In this document: positions 11,069 to 22,236 of the stretch, in pieces | Position numbering within the stretch: position 1 is the first letter of the stretch | Layout: every line of letters starts with the position of its first letter | Assembly: GCA_001687465.1 (NCBI GenBank) | Contig: LVLI01000944.1 | Coordinates: 1 to 52,871, forward strand | Source: Halocafeteria seosinensis | Lineage: Eukaryota | Reading direction: 5' to 3' | DNA: 52,871 nucleotides | The notes under the pieces: generated by a model | The model's database searches: none | Told to the model about the DNA's origin: nothing | What the model saw: the letters and a program-made list of their open reading frames with translations, nothing else | Made by a program: the position numbers and the translations under genes

Positions 11069-12876
11069 TTACAAGCTCATGGATACATCCTGAGAATAGG
11101 CGAATTGGTGAGCTTCCAGAGAAGTTGCTGAATAAGATACCGCATGTCCACTCCTGCTACACTGCACTGGAGGGGCAGATCGGACGGAATCTGCTTCCAT
11201 GGCATCATGGATCTTTTTAGCTAATGTTCGGCAATGAAATTCTCGTCTTCCCCGTTCACGTGCCTCCTTTGAAAACTGCTCCACCGAAATAGCCTTCCGT
11301 TCAGCAGCTCGCCCCATCCAGTAAAAGGCGTCATCCAAGGCAGCTGATTCCGATACCAGCTCAAACAGTTGCTGAGTTAACTCATCAGTCGGAGTAGCGA
11401 GCTTGTCAACCGAAACGTCATCTAATGTCCGATCCTTGTTTTCCTCAATCCATTGTTCCATTTCCCGCTTACTTTCCGCAAGCCTGTTTTCGTATGCTTC
11501 CAGGCCTTGCACCTGGGATATCACAGCATTCCAATTTCACGTTGACATATGAAAACAAGGCGTAGACTTTTTTTCTAAGCGTACCTCTCCTTCTAATTGT
11601 TCAGAAGCAGCCTTCAGGCGACGGTGCTCTGTCAAAAGTGCCGACTGCTGGGTTTGCTCTTCTTCTATGCTTTCTGCAAACGTCGAGGAAGTCAATGGTT
11701 AGCAATATAACTCGCGATTGGACGGTGCAACCAACCTCGATGCTCGTCGAGCATACTGTGCATTTCATCTTGCAATAGTCTGACTACCCTTCGCTTTGCT
11801 TCTGCCTTTTCGGCGGGATCCTCAGACGATTGCTGCAGCAAAGACCAAAAAAGACATCAGGCACACGATAGGGCAACCGAGTTCCGTTCAATGGTAGCTT
11901 ACCCGTCCCAGTGAACTGCTTCCAGCAGAAGCAGAGGTCTGGGGTGAACCGTGCTGTGAATGAACCGAACTGCGTGACAGTTGCCAGCTTTGCTGCGATA
12001 GAGAACTGGATGGACCGTCTTCAACGTTCTGTGGGTCCACGTGTACATAGCCAGAAAAATCAGGTTCGGTATGGTCCTGAGAGGTTGATGGAATAGGGCG
12101 AGATTCGTTCCGTCTAGGTGGACGCACAGGAGGCGAGGAATGGAGCGAAGAATTGCTTGCCGAAGTTGTACGCGTATGGGCTATCGGCGGCTTTCTCCTC
12201 AGCGGGGGATACTGAGAAAAAACTGACTGCATATCAGCGATGAGAAAGATAAGACTACAATCTGCATTCCAATCCCGTAACGTGTTTAAAGTGATAAAGC
12301 CGGCTTCGTCCACATGTGGATTACTTCTTTCCACAATCAGATCTGTGAGACAAGCGCAAACAATGAGAAACGACGGAACGCCAGATAGTCACCATATATA
12401 GCATACCTTCTGTCGGTGTGACAAAGCATATAGGTGGTTCATGAGGGTACTGTGCCGGGAGAAAAACTCGGATGGGCGTCTGGTATGTAGTTCCTCTAAA
12501 CTCGGTAGGAATAACCCCCTCCAATTTCAGCAATGTTAAGGTTCGTCCATCATTGGTAGCTGCAGCAGCAAACGCAAAGGTATGATACCGAGCAAACCGC
12601 CCCTGTTTCTGTATTTTGGGAGCTCTTACTATATGTGCCTTTCTGAGGGTAGAGGTGCTTCAAGTTATGCAGTACTTGTTTCGCATCAAGTTTTACTCGC
12701 TCACTATTCTGCAATGGGACCATCGAAAATATCCGAGTGGCATGTGACGACATTTGACAGGAAAGAGACGAGAAATCAGCCTCAAAAAGCTTGCTTACCC
12801 TGGAGGTGTACACCTGTCTGCGGGTTAAATCCCCCACGATTTCATCCAGCTGTCGATACTTTTGTTCTGGATTCAT
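11069..12876 (-). CDS. TSG101: ESCRT-I subunit TSG101/Vps23 (UEV, coiled coil, steadiness box), multi-exon
   Basis: UEV motifs LEGVIPTEFRGTTYQTPIRVFLPAQYPHEPPICFVTPT and PHVDEAG...LRDW...FSQYPPL. SB motif QLFELVSESAALDDAFYWMGRA...QFSKEARERGRREF. Confidence 0.92.
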
Positions 12877-13453
12877 TTTCTTCACCCTAACTTGAGATCT
12901 ACTATTTCTATTGGCACAACAGTAATCCCTCGCAAGGTATCAACTCTATAAACTGGCAAACACTACCAGGTGACTATCTGATGCAATGTTGAACTTCCAA
13001 ATCTCTGTGTGAATGGTGACTGAGAACCTACGAGCTTCTACAGATAGTGGAGACTATGCAAATTGGGTACTGCAAGTAGGAGAAGGTGAATTGCCGTCAC
13101 TGTATCGCTTCCTTCCCATATGCTGGTGAATACTGAAAACATCAATACATTGTAACTTTGTCAGGACCGTCTTCAGCGATCTGCAGAATCTGCACAACAC
13201 CCTCGATATGGGTGAAGATGCTAAATACTGGGAGATTCATGGAATATATACCTTAAATATGAGTTTTTGAATAGACGGATGTGGATGTTTGGCTCATATA
13301 CACAGGCGCGTAGGTGGGTAATAACACTGTGTATCAGGTGATCATTGTACGCAGTAGCTACACGAAACTGGAGGGCATTGGCTTGGATAGGGATTAAGTT
13401 GAGGAAATTAGAGATACGACTGGACTCTGATACAACGACGACACATGTACTCC

Positions 13454-15888
13454 TCATTCAACAGACCAATTTGTTCTTCTTAGTGAAGGATCGACGACAA
13501 ATTTTGATCCGAAGTCTGTTTCGATTATGTGGAGCAGCCGCTCTACTTTTCCCAAGCAAGAATTTAGCATGCCATAGAAGTCTTCACCTCTTCGATCGAT
13601 GCCTTGGGTTGACCCGCTACCGTTTTCTGAGTAGTCAGAATTCGATGAATGCATACTGCTTGTTGATTCTTCGCCGAACTTGTTGGAAGGGCTCTTGTTC
13701 GGTGGAGGGATAGTCGGGCTTGCTGGCTTGTGGACTGGCTGGTTTGTGCCGGATAGGATATCTCCCACTGATGGGAGTGCGGTCTCGAAGGTGTTTGCAG
13801 TGGCTTCGGCATCATGAGTTCCTGGAACGGTTGTGGGCGGACGATCGTGAGAAGCGCGTTTGGGGCGAGTGAACCAGTCATCATTCCTTAGATTCGCACT
13901 GTTTGCAGACTCGGTGACCGAGGGAGGATGGCTATCGGGTACAAAGCCTTGTCCCAGCCGTATCTGTACCCTCTTACAATGGCCCCACAGAGAAGGGATA
14001 AGAGGCTTGGCTACCCCGGATAATGCAGTGGAAGTTCCGAGTGAGAGTACACTACGAGCCTCTTTTGCTAGACCCGCAATGTCGACGGCATGCAAGTTTC
14101 CCTCTAACCACGGCAATTCTGGTCTTAAAGTGGCGATGAACGCCACCTCGCATGCGCCTGAGAGAGGCCCTTGTAGCAGTCTAGTGAGCTTTGAGTCGCG
14201 AAATGGAATATTGTATGTCTTCCCAGTGGAAGGCGATGGGGCGTGATGCTCAGGGCTGGACACCTTACCGGAGGTGCTCAGCGTCAACTTGCGTCTGATG
14301 GCTGCGGGAAGATGAGCCGGAGAATGGTCATGAACATGAACTTGTCCAGTCTTGGGAAGTGGGGAGCTATGCGGAATGCCTCGTAGCTCCTCTCTATATG
14401 CTGTTGAGTTCCTCTTTTGTCCACTTTTGGCTTTACTCTTCACTTGTGTTGGTGAGGAACGGCAATTATTTATCGGAAAACTATACCGAAGAGCCTTCAT
14501 GCAGCGTTCCAGAGCTCTGGGAGTGGCTCCAGCTGATATACTTGTGTGCCCGTTGGTTCTATATTTTGAGTGGGTGCAACCAGGAGCGACAGTCTCCACT
14601 ATCCTCATTCGTGATTTCGTGGATTTTTCTCCGTTGTATTGGGCCAAGTCAATGTCATAGACGACGCTCATTTTGGAGGGAAGGTGGCATGTTTTAGCGT
14701 AGATGTCGGAGTCATTAGCGGCTGCGGTCAGCTTGTTCCTAAGTTGCTTCGTTGCATATTCAAGTCGCGATAGGGCTTCTTCTATCTGGTGCAAGGAGGT
14801 ATATGCACTATCAGCTTCCTCTACGGTGACAAATGACTTCATTTTTCGAATAGATTCCAGTACTGAATATCGTAGAGATGTTAGGTCACTGTGGTGAGAC
14901 TGAACTGTATTGAGCATCACTAACAAAGACTCCGTTCTGATATGCATTGTTCCGTCGAATGTTCGTGTCCCTATCCCAAAATGGGTCCGTAAGAGTTTAT
15001 AGCGATTATTATCAATTTTCGCACATAAGGAATCAATGTCGCCTTCGCCTTCGATTGCTTCGTGCTTAATGTTGGTAAGACCAGGGGCAGTTTCCAGGAA
15101 GTCGTCGTGCGGATCTTCTGACATGCCGATTGGCTTCGGGGGACTCACTCCATCTGGATCTTCAAGTAGATCGAATATGCGCTCATCATGGATTCCTATC
15201 GCGCTGATGCGGCAGAAGCAAGCATCTTTAGCTTGTATATGCTGTAAAACTCTAGAGCACACAAAAGTTAGTATCCCATAGCGCCGCTTCTCTAGTTTAC
15301 TTCCTGGATCCCCGAAAACAGTATAACTCTTTCCTGCAGTGCGAAGGAGCAAACAAGTAGCCAGCCGAAGACGAAGACTCTTGCATGTCTGTATAGACAG
15401 CTTACCGGAACCTGAAGGCCCATAAGTAATTACAGTCGTGCTTGTCCCCTCAATTAGAGAATCGACCAAAGGCGCAACAGACTCCTTATAAACGTCCTCC
15501 TGTGAAATAGCGCCAGTAAATACCTGCAGCAATGCGGAAGCTTCCGAGAACCAATCAACCCTGCGAAAGCTATGGCTTTGCATCATGTTTTTATTCTGCC
15601 TACCTTATCGAATTGTTGAGTCCTCGTTTTCGTGGCACTGCCAAACGGTAATTGCATCTCGATTGTGTTTCGCTCCAGGTCTACTTGTAATGTTGGTCCT
15701 GTCCCTTCCTCAGGTTGCTCGTTTTCGTTCTTGCTATTAAACGGGTCAAACTTTTGCTTTTTGTTTCGAATCTTTCGTTCCCGATTTGTGTCTGCAAACA
15801 TTGCGCTTGGTGGCGCTACTCGAGCATAGATGCGAATATGTCGTTGGAGTGCGCCACTCTCTTCAGATCGCTGGGGTGTGCCCTCCAT
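13454..15888 (-). CDS. Divergent kinesin-superfamily protein with degenerate switch motifs
   Basis: IRIYARVAP, F-D-KVF...SQEDVY, P-loop YGPSGSGKSYT (after removing an in-frame intron), IHDERIFDLL and IPFRDSKLTRLLQGPLSG are present. No SSRSH or DLAGSE. The 3' end is uncertain. Confidence 0.85.
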
Positions 15889-16148
15889 CTTTCTGCACGT
15901 GCCAATGCTTGGCAAGGCAGCATAAAGGAGAAATAGAATGCTGTCTGAATTTGAGCACCAATGCTTTCATTTGAATTCGTCCACTGATGACAATTGTGGT
16001 CCGTTGACTTCTTCGTTGGCGTACCAGACAATCATTTTGTGCCTTGAAGTTTCAAAACTTCTCAACCACCACGTGCAGGGTACATCTCAACCAGTTGGGT
16101 CTCGATCTCGCTAGGAAGACGTTTATATCGACATGCTTCTCCTTTCCA

Positions 16149-17089
16149 ATGTCTGATTTAGGCAGTAGCATCCACAACGCGGATGAGAGAGACGACGACG
16201 TTTCCTCTCCGCTGAATTGCTCTTGGGTCCTCTGGGAAGTCGTGCGACATGTTGGAGGAAAGGAGTATTTGGGATCCCTGCGGCCATTGTGTGAATTCAC
16301 TACACTAGAGGAGTACTGGCATTACATGTCACATACGCCTCCTCCCAGCATAATCTTCTCTGATGGTGCGAACAAAAAAAAAGTGATCCGGAACCCTGTG
16401 AGGTTTGTCTCGAAAACACCAGGCACAAAACACCTCGAGGAGTATAACGAAGATGTAGGACACACCAAGGTGGACCAGCAAGTACACATTGAAGGACTAG
16501 CTCTTTTTAGAGGTGGGATAATTCCGGAATGGGAGCACCCTTCAAATGCAGACGGAGCTGAATGGTCGTTTCGGAAGCGTAAGTGCCTTATGTGACGATT
16601 TTGAACTAACCAGTTTATTCACTTATGTTGACAATTACAGCTCTGGCAGCACACGTACTGGACCAATCATGGGAGGGGCTTTGTCTAGGATTGCTCTCGG
16701 AAAACATAGATTTATACTTGCCGACCTCTGGCCTACACTGTGGAGACTCTATCCAAGACGAACAAGGGCGCTCTCTCCACTGCATGAACCAAATTTGCGG
16801 GGGAAGAATCGTCGACAAAGTGAGATAACACGTTTTGTCAGCAAAATGTTTTTGCTCGTTTTCATTCCCTTAATTGCACATGCAGTGCACAAAGGGAAGA
16901 GCAGCGTATCGAGTAGAGCTGTGGTTTCGGAACGATCAAAACCAAGAGGTGGCGAACAAACTAAGGCAGAACTTAGTTTCCTGTTTGGCCGAAAAAGTTG
17001 AACGCAGTAGGGTACCGAGGTTTTCTTTGAGAAGCCACAGAGAAGCTCTCACTATGGAATACCTTAATGAGCAAAAGAGCATCGCCTAA
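16149..17089 (+). CDS. eIF4E-family cap-binding protein, 3 exons
   Basis: SPLNCSWVLW, FTTLEEYW, LFRGGIIPEWEHPSNADGAEW, ICGGRIVDK and YRVELW reproduce the eIF4E Trp pattern. Confidence 0.9.
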
Positions 17090-17202
17090 TTGCTCACTGC
17101 GGAACTTGGTAATACAAGTTGCATCCGCTGGGCCGCCGGTGCTTTTTGAATGTTTTGCAGAAGCCTGTACCAGACTGAAACACCCTTAAGCGTACATAGT
17201 CA

Positions 17203-17897
17203 TCAACCGCGAAAACCAGCGGTCCACGCGATTGCAGGATTCCCTTTATTGTCGGAAACAGATGGATTTGCGCCTGTCTTGAGGAGCAACGATACTATTT
17301 GGTCATAGTTGAATCGAGACGCACAATGCAACGGTGTTTCGCCGGAGGAGTCCTTGGCATTGACATTTGCCCCATGATGTACTAGCGAGTGCACAATACT
17401 CTCTATTCCTGCCTGTGTGAATAGGAGAATCATTATAAAGCCGAACATTCAGTTTATTGAGATGAGCGAGCGACATACTGCACAGGCGTAATGCAAAGCT
17501 GTTCGCTGATAGGCATCAGCAGTGCTCGCATTTGCTCCGATTGAAAGGAGAGTCTCTACTGCTTTGGTACGTCCATGCTTGCATGCTTCCAGCAACGGGG
17601 TAGATTGAAATATATCTAATTCGTTCACCTTATTTTGTTTCTCCGTGTCCGATAAGCCGCTAAGTTTGTCGGTAATTGTTTCGTATTCGCCGTAAGCCGC
17701 TGAATTCAAGGTATCGCAGGTAAAACATAGCGCACAAGATTCGGAACGTAATTTATCTCCTTACCAGCAGAGTGCAAGTCTACTTCCAAAGCAGATAAAT
17801 ACTCGTCTTCCACTACTTCGTTTTTGTCACTCTCCTTCGCTTCCTTAGAGAACGCTGACAGTATCTCCTCTTCCTCTTCTGACTGCCTCCTTGACAT
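17203..17897 (-). CDS. Small ankyrin-repeat protein, 3 exons
   Basis: Repeats DLHSAAAYG, TPLLEACKHG...GANA, TALHYACAAG...GANVN, GETPLHCASRF...GANP. Two GT-AG introns keep the frame. Confidence 0.88.
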
Positions 17898-19665
17898 TGG
17901 TGCGAGGCATACAGTCCTACTTGTATTGAGGCAAATGATTAAAATGATAAATTATATTTGTACAAGGAGCGCTCAACTTGCGATGAACGCTCGGACCCTA
18001 CTAGGAAGTATTCGCTGGTGAGCTAAGGACAGGATACGACCACATGCAAGTCCTAGTAGATGGATTGTTAATGACAATACTACATCTTCTCCCTCCTCAA
18101 ATCAAAATAAACTCCTCTGCCCAGCTCTGCAACTGACTGTGAAGGTGGGACTTCGCCACTTCCAAAGTTTTCAAACTTCCTTCTTGTCAACTTCCGCTCT
18201 CACGGAAGTGATATGCATGGTGCGTTGTCCCAATATCGCTAGTTTATAAAACTTGATTTTCTCCGCTCTACTGTATGCCTTCGTCTTTCCAAAGCCGTGC
18301 GGCCAAGAGGATTCTACCCGGTACGGTAGCATCTTCCTAAGTTTCCGGTCGAACCAGAAAAGCTGTTTGACCAGTACCTACACTTGTACATCAATAGCTA
18401 TTATGATAGTGGCAGTGGCTCCTGTGACATCAGCCATTGGAGTTTCGTCGCTGTCATGCCTTCCGTCAACAATTGTATCCTGCTCTCAGATACCACCAGG
18501 AACTCTTCCTTTTTCGGTTATCTACTTCACTGCCAGACAAATTACGAATTTTCCTCGTTCTTGGGAGACATGTGACGTTTTGTTTCGGGGATGCGCATAG
18601 GAGATGAAGCGATGACGTCAAACGAACTTCTTCCGATTTTTTCCTACGTATACGGGACGGATTTTTGTCTTCTGCGCGCCATCTCCATTTATACGTCCCG
18701 CTTAATACGTTATGGGAAGTTTGCATAATCAAAATCCGAAAGAAACGACCAATACTTGCAGTGTAATTCTCCTTTAACTGCGCCCAAGGGAAGCACAGGA
18801 AAGTGATAATTCCTCTTTCACTTACATGCTTTCACTGCTATTTTCCTGATTACCGACTCATTTATCTTTGTTAATGCATACAGATGGATCAGACAACACT
18901 CAGGACTAGTTTTAAATCGAGGGACACTGTTCCGTTGTTCTTTAAAACGCGCTGATCATGGGTTCAATGGAGGTGTGTGTTCCGTTACAAGTTGCAGTTT
19001 TTCCAACTTCTTTTTTTAGTTGCTATTCGTTAAACAATAGTACTCGAGACAACTGGCTTGTAAAACTGATCGGACAACAAGAGTGTGGATTATAAATTTC
19101 CTCAATCGTGTTTGAGGCCCCGTATTCTGCGCAGTGCTTACTTAAGGCCTTTGTGTCACTTTGTCTGAACACGCGCCCGCAGCGCATTTTGCCGCTAGTT
19201 TTACATCGGGGAAACATTGTTTAATACTTTATAACTTTTCCCCAAAATTTCCCTTGGTAAAGATACATTCATAAGCACCAATATTTGAAAGGTCCGTGCC
19301 CTTTATACTGCGTATTTGTCGAAAAAAGGCTATGTAATAACTGGCGCGCCCGCATAGTGAGCGTTTTTCCTTAGATGTTTTGTGTCTAACTGAACGTAGT
19401 ATTCGACGCGTTCCGAGCCAACTGAGGGGATTTTGTAGCGTTACTCAGCATGCATTGGATCCATAACATCTTGTGCATCGTTTGTGATGCGTAAACGGGC
19501 TGAACACAAAGCAACGGATCATACTTTGAACACGCGAATCGTGACTTAGCACGGCGCGTTTCATTCGTCTATTGTTATGACATCACAGGTGACCGCCCTT
19601 GAATATTCCTTGAATAAGTTTTCAGTTATACCAAGAAGTTCTGAGGAGTCAATAGCTTGAATAAG

Positions 19666-22214
19666 ATGGCAAGGAATGAGCCCCAAAAGCAGTTGAGTCA
19701 GAACGAACCAAGCGCTTCTCCTCCCCCTTTGTCTTCCAATGGTAAGCCTTCAAAAATCATTTCTTACTTTGTCGCAAAAACAATTTCAAGCAAAAATACA
19801 TGAAAACTGACAGATACATTGTCGGAACTCCTCCTATGGACAAAAGCAGCTGGTCAGCAATGGGCCGCCCATTGCGAGGCGGTAAGACAGTTTGATACAC
19901 TGTCGGTACGTTCCGCGAGAATCATACAATAACAAGCCTACCGAGACATGCGCAAACTTAAAATACAGGCTGCTATTCAAGAAATTAAGGATCTGACAGC
20001 AGAGGATATAGATGGACGCTTCCTTCCTCATAGCCGCTGGGAGACTCCAATACTGGTGCGGAGCGCAGAAAACGGCAGGAGCACTTCTACAGGAAACGAC
20101 TTACCAGTTTCGGTCTCCGGTACGAAGCATCTGCCAAGCAATTATGAAACCTATATCAGAGCTTACATTATTTGGCCTCAATTGCAGGACAACATGTACT
20201 GATACAGAAAGCCAACACTCAGCCTAGAGTTGTACCTCAAGACGAGCTCTCCAAATGTATCGAGGAGTCTCTCCGACGGTGTGATGGCATTCGTGTGATG
20301 GCCTACATCCCGCAGCCAAAAGAAGAACATCTTGGCGCATATAGTGGACTGTGCGAATTTAGTCGCTCTTTGGAAAAGTATCGTCAAACGAGACTAACCT
20401 CAAATCAGAAGTTCACGGGGCCAACGTTGCTCCAAACGGGGGCAGTGTGCACAAGCGGAACCGTTCGAATCCTTCATGTAGTGCGTGAATCCGCTTGTCA
20501 ATGGAGAAAAGTTGTTTGCGGAGAGGTTGGTTTGTTAATGGCTCCTCCCACCAATGAAAATCTGCAATATGCCGAGTTTTTCCACGGAAAGACAGAGAAA
20601 GAGTTTCGTGAGGAATTCGACGTTGTAAACTTAGCAGGAGCTCGCTTCGTGGTCCTTCGCGGCGGTGATACCATTTTCCTTCCTAGTGGGTGGGTAGTTG
20701 CCTGGTTCGCATCTTTTGACGAAGGCGTAGACCAAAACGTTTCTACTATGAAGAGCACTCGCATAACACATAAGAGCATCGGCGGAAGCTTCTATGCGGT
20801 GAGTCTCCTCAAGGAAAAGCCAGAAGCTCTCTTGTTAGCTGATCGGGCACGTTCTGCGGAGGTTGGACTTCCTCGTTTATGCCTGGAAGATTTTGTATCG
20901 GCAACATTGATGGATGCTCGGCATCAGCTGGAAAGAGGAAAACTACCCCCTGAAGCAATGCTGAAAGTTCCACACTTTTCATTTGTAGCAGCAAAATTGT
21001 TGCGCTTTAAGCAAGAGATTGTTAGCTCGTTAAAGATTAATTTTATCGAACAGATCCGCTTGACAGCTTCTATGGGAAACCACGGCCCGTCGTTGTGGAC
21101 CTCTGAAGAAATGGATCTCATTAGGGACAAGACAACAAGAGCATTGCGATATATTGAGAGCGGTTTTCACGTTTCCTCCCCCACAACGTCGCAAAGCACC
21201 TTGAATGAGAAAGAAAGTCTTCTCTGGTCCAACAAAAAGCTGCCACCACACCGTCATGGATCTCTTTTGTTCGAATCCTCAACTGACCTGGGACCGGTTA
21301 ATGACACAGCAAAGAAGATAGGTTGCAACGAGAATAGGAGAGCAAAAGCAGCTTCAGAAGATGCAGTGTCTGAAGCCTCGTCAGATAGTTGGTGTATCGT
21401 TTATCCAGGACAAGAAGAAGATCTTAACATTCCCAATCCCTTCTCTAGCGGTTTCTTACATGAGTCTCGGAGTACGGGATCAGTTTCACCTACTCTCGGC
21501 TTCACTGATACAAGTTTGTCTCGCCATAGTTCCTACGACAGTAGACGTGGAGAGGAAGTCCCGACAGGATTCATTGAAGAAATGACAGACAATAGTGTCC
21601 TAACAAAGAGGGGAAAGGATGTGCAGCTAGAGGATCAATTGGGATTGACTTGTTTCGAGGAATCAACGCTTCCTGTTGCAAACCAGGATGACTCACAGGA
21701 AAACACTTTTAGAGAGAGAAACGTTTCAAGACATTTCTCGAATCAATGCGCTGCGCCACACGACAATAGTCGCAGCTCTTACGAAGAGAAACACGGCACG
21801 AGCTCCACAGGTAAACAACGAAACCGCAACGCTAGGACTCTCATCAAAGGAAAACGAGAACGGTATACCAACCACCAATCTACCTGCCATCTTTGTGGAA
21901 ATCTTAGGACAAATGTGTTCAGTTGTCCAACATGCCCAAAGGTCTTCTGCAATTGCTGTGTGGAAAAGAAGGTCTACGAGCACGGCGAACGAGCATTTCA
22001 GAATGGTTGCCCAGGATGTTTGAAATACTGCTGCTGTCACAAAAAAACGAGCCAATGTGAAAATTTGTACCATTGTTACCGCAAATGTCCGTTGACCAGA
22101 AAGGGTAAAAGGCCTCGCATAGAGTGCGACCAACAACGACTAAAGGAATGCTCACGCGTGGCCCAGATGCTGATTCAGGAGTCCGAAGACCAACTAAAAC
22201 AAGGCAAGAAATAG
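19666..22214 (+). CDS. Degenerate JmjC-like domain plus C-terminal Cys-rich zinc finger (zf-4CXXC_R1/KDM3-finger-like)
   Basis: Three short 5' exons splice into ORF 20172-22214. JmjC-like strand RFVVLRGGDTIFLPSGW and SIGGSF are present. The C-terminus reads CHLC..CPTC..FCNCC..CPGCLKYCCC..C..HCYRKCP. Confidence 0.7.
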
Positions 22215-22236
22215 TTACAGAGAACATAGAGAGCAA

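Noticed and set aside
12900..13453. Possible extra 3' exons of the kinesin-like gene or a small separate gene
   Set aside because: No convincing donor/acceptor chain or recognisable protein.
17950..19660. 1.7 kb gap with short ORFs and E2F-like/CG-rich words (TTTGCCGC, GGCGCGCC)
   Set aside because: The ORFs lack family signal and the motifs are short enough to be chance. I saw no tRNA cloverleaf, snRNA or repeat structure.
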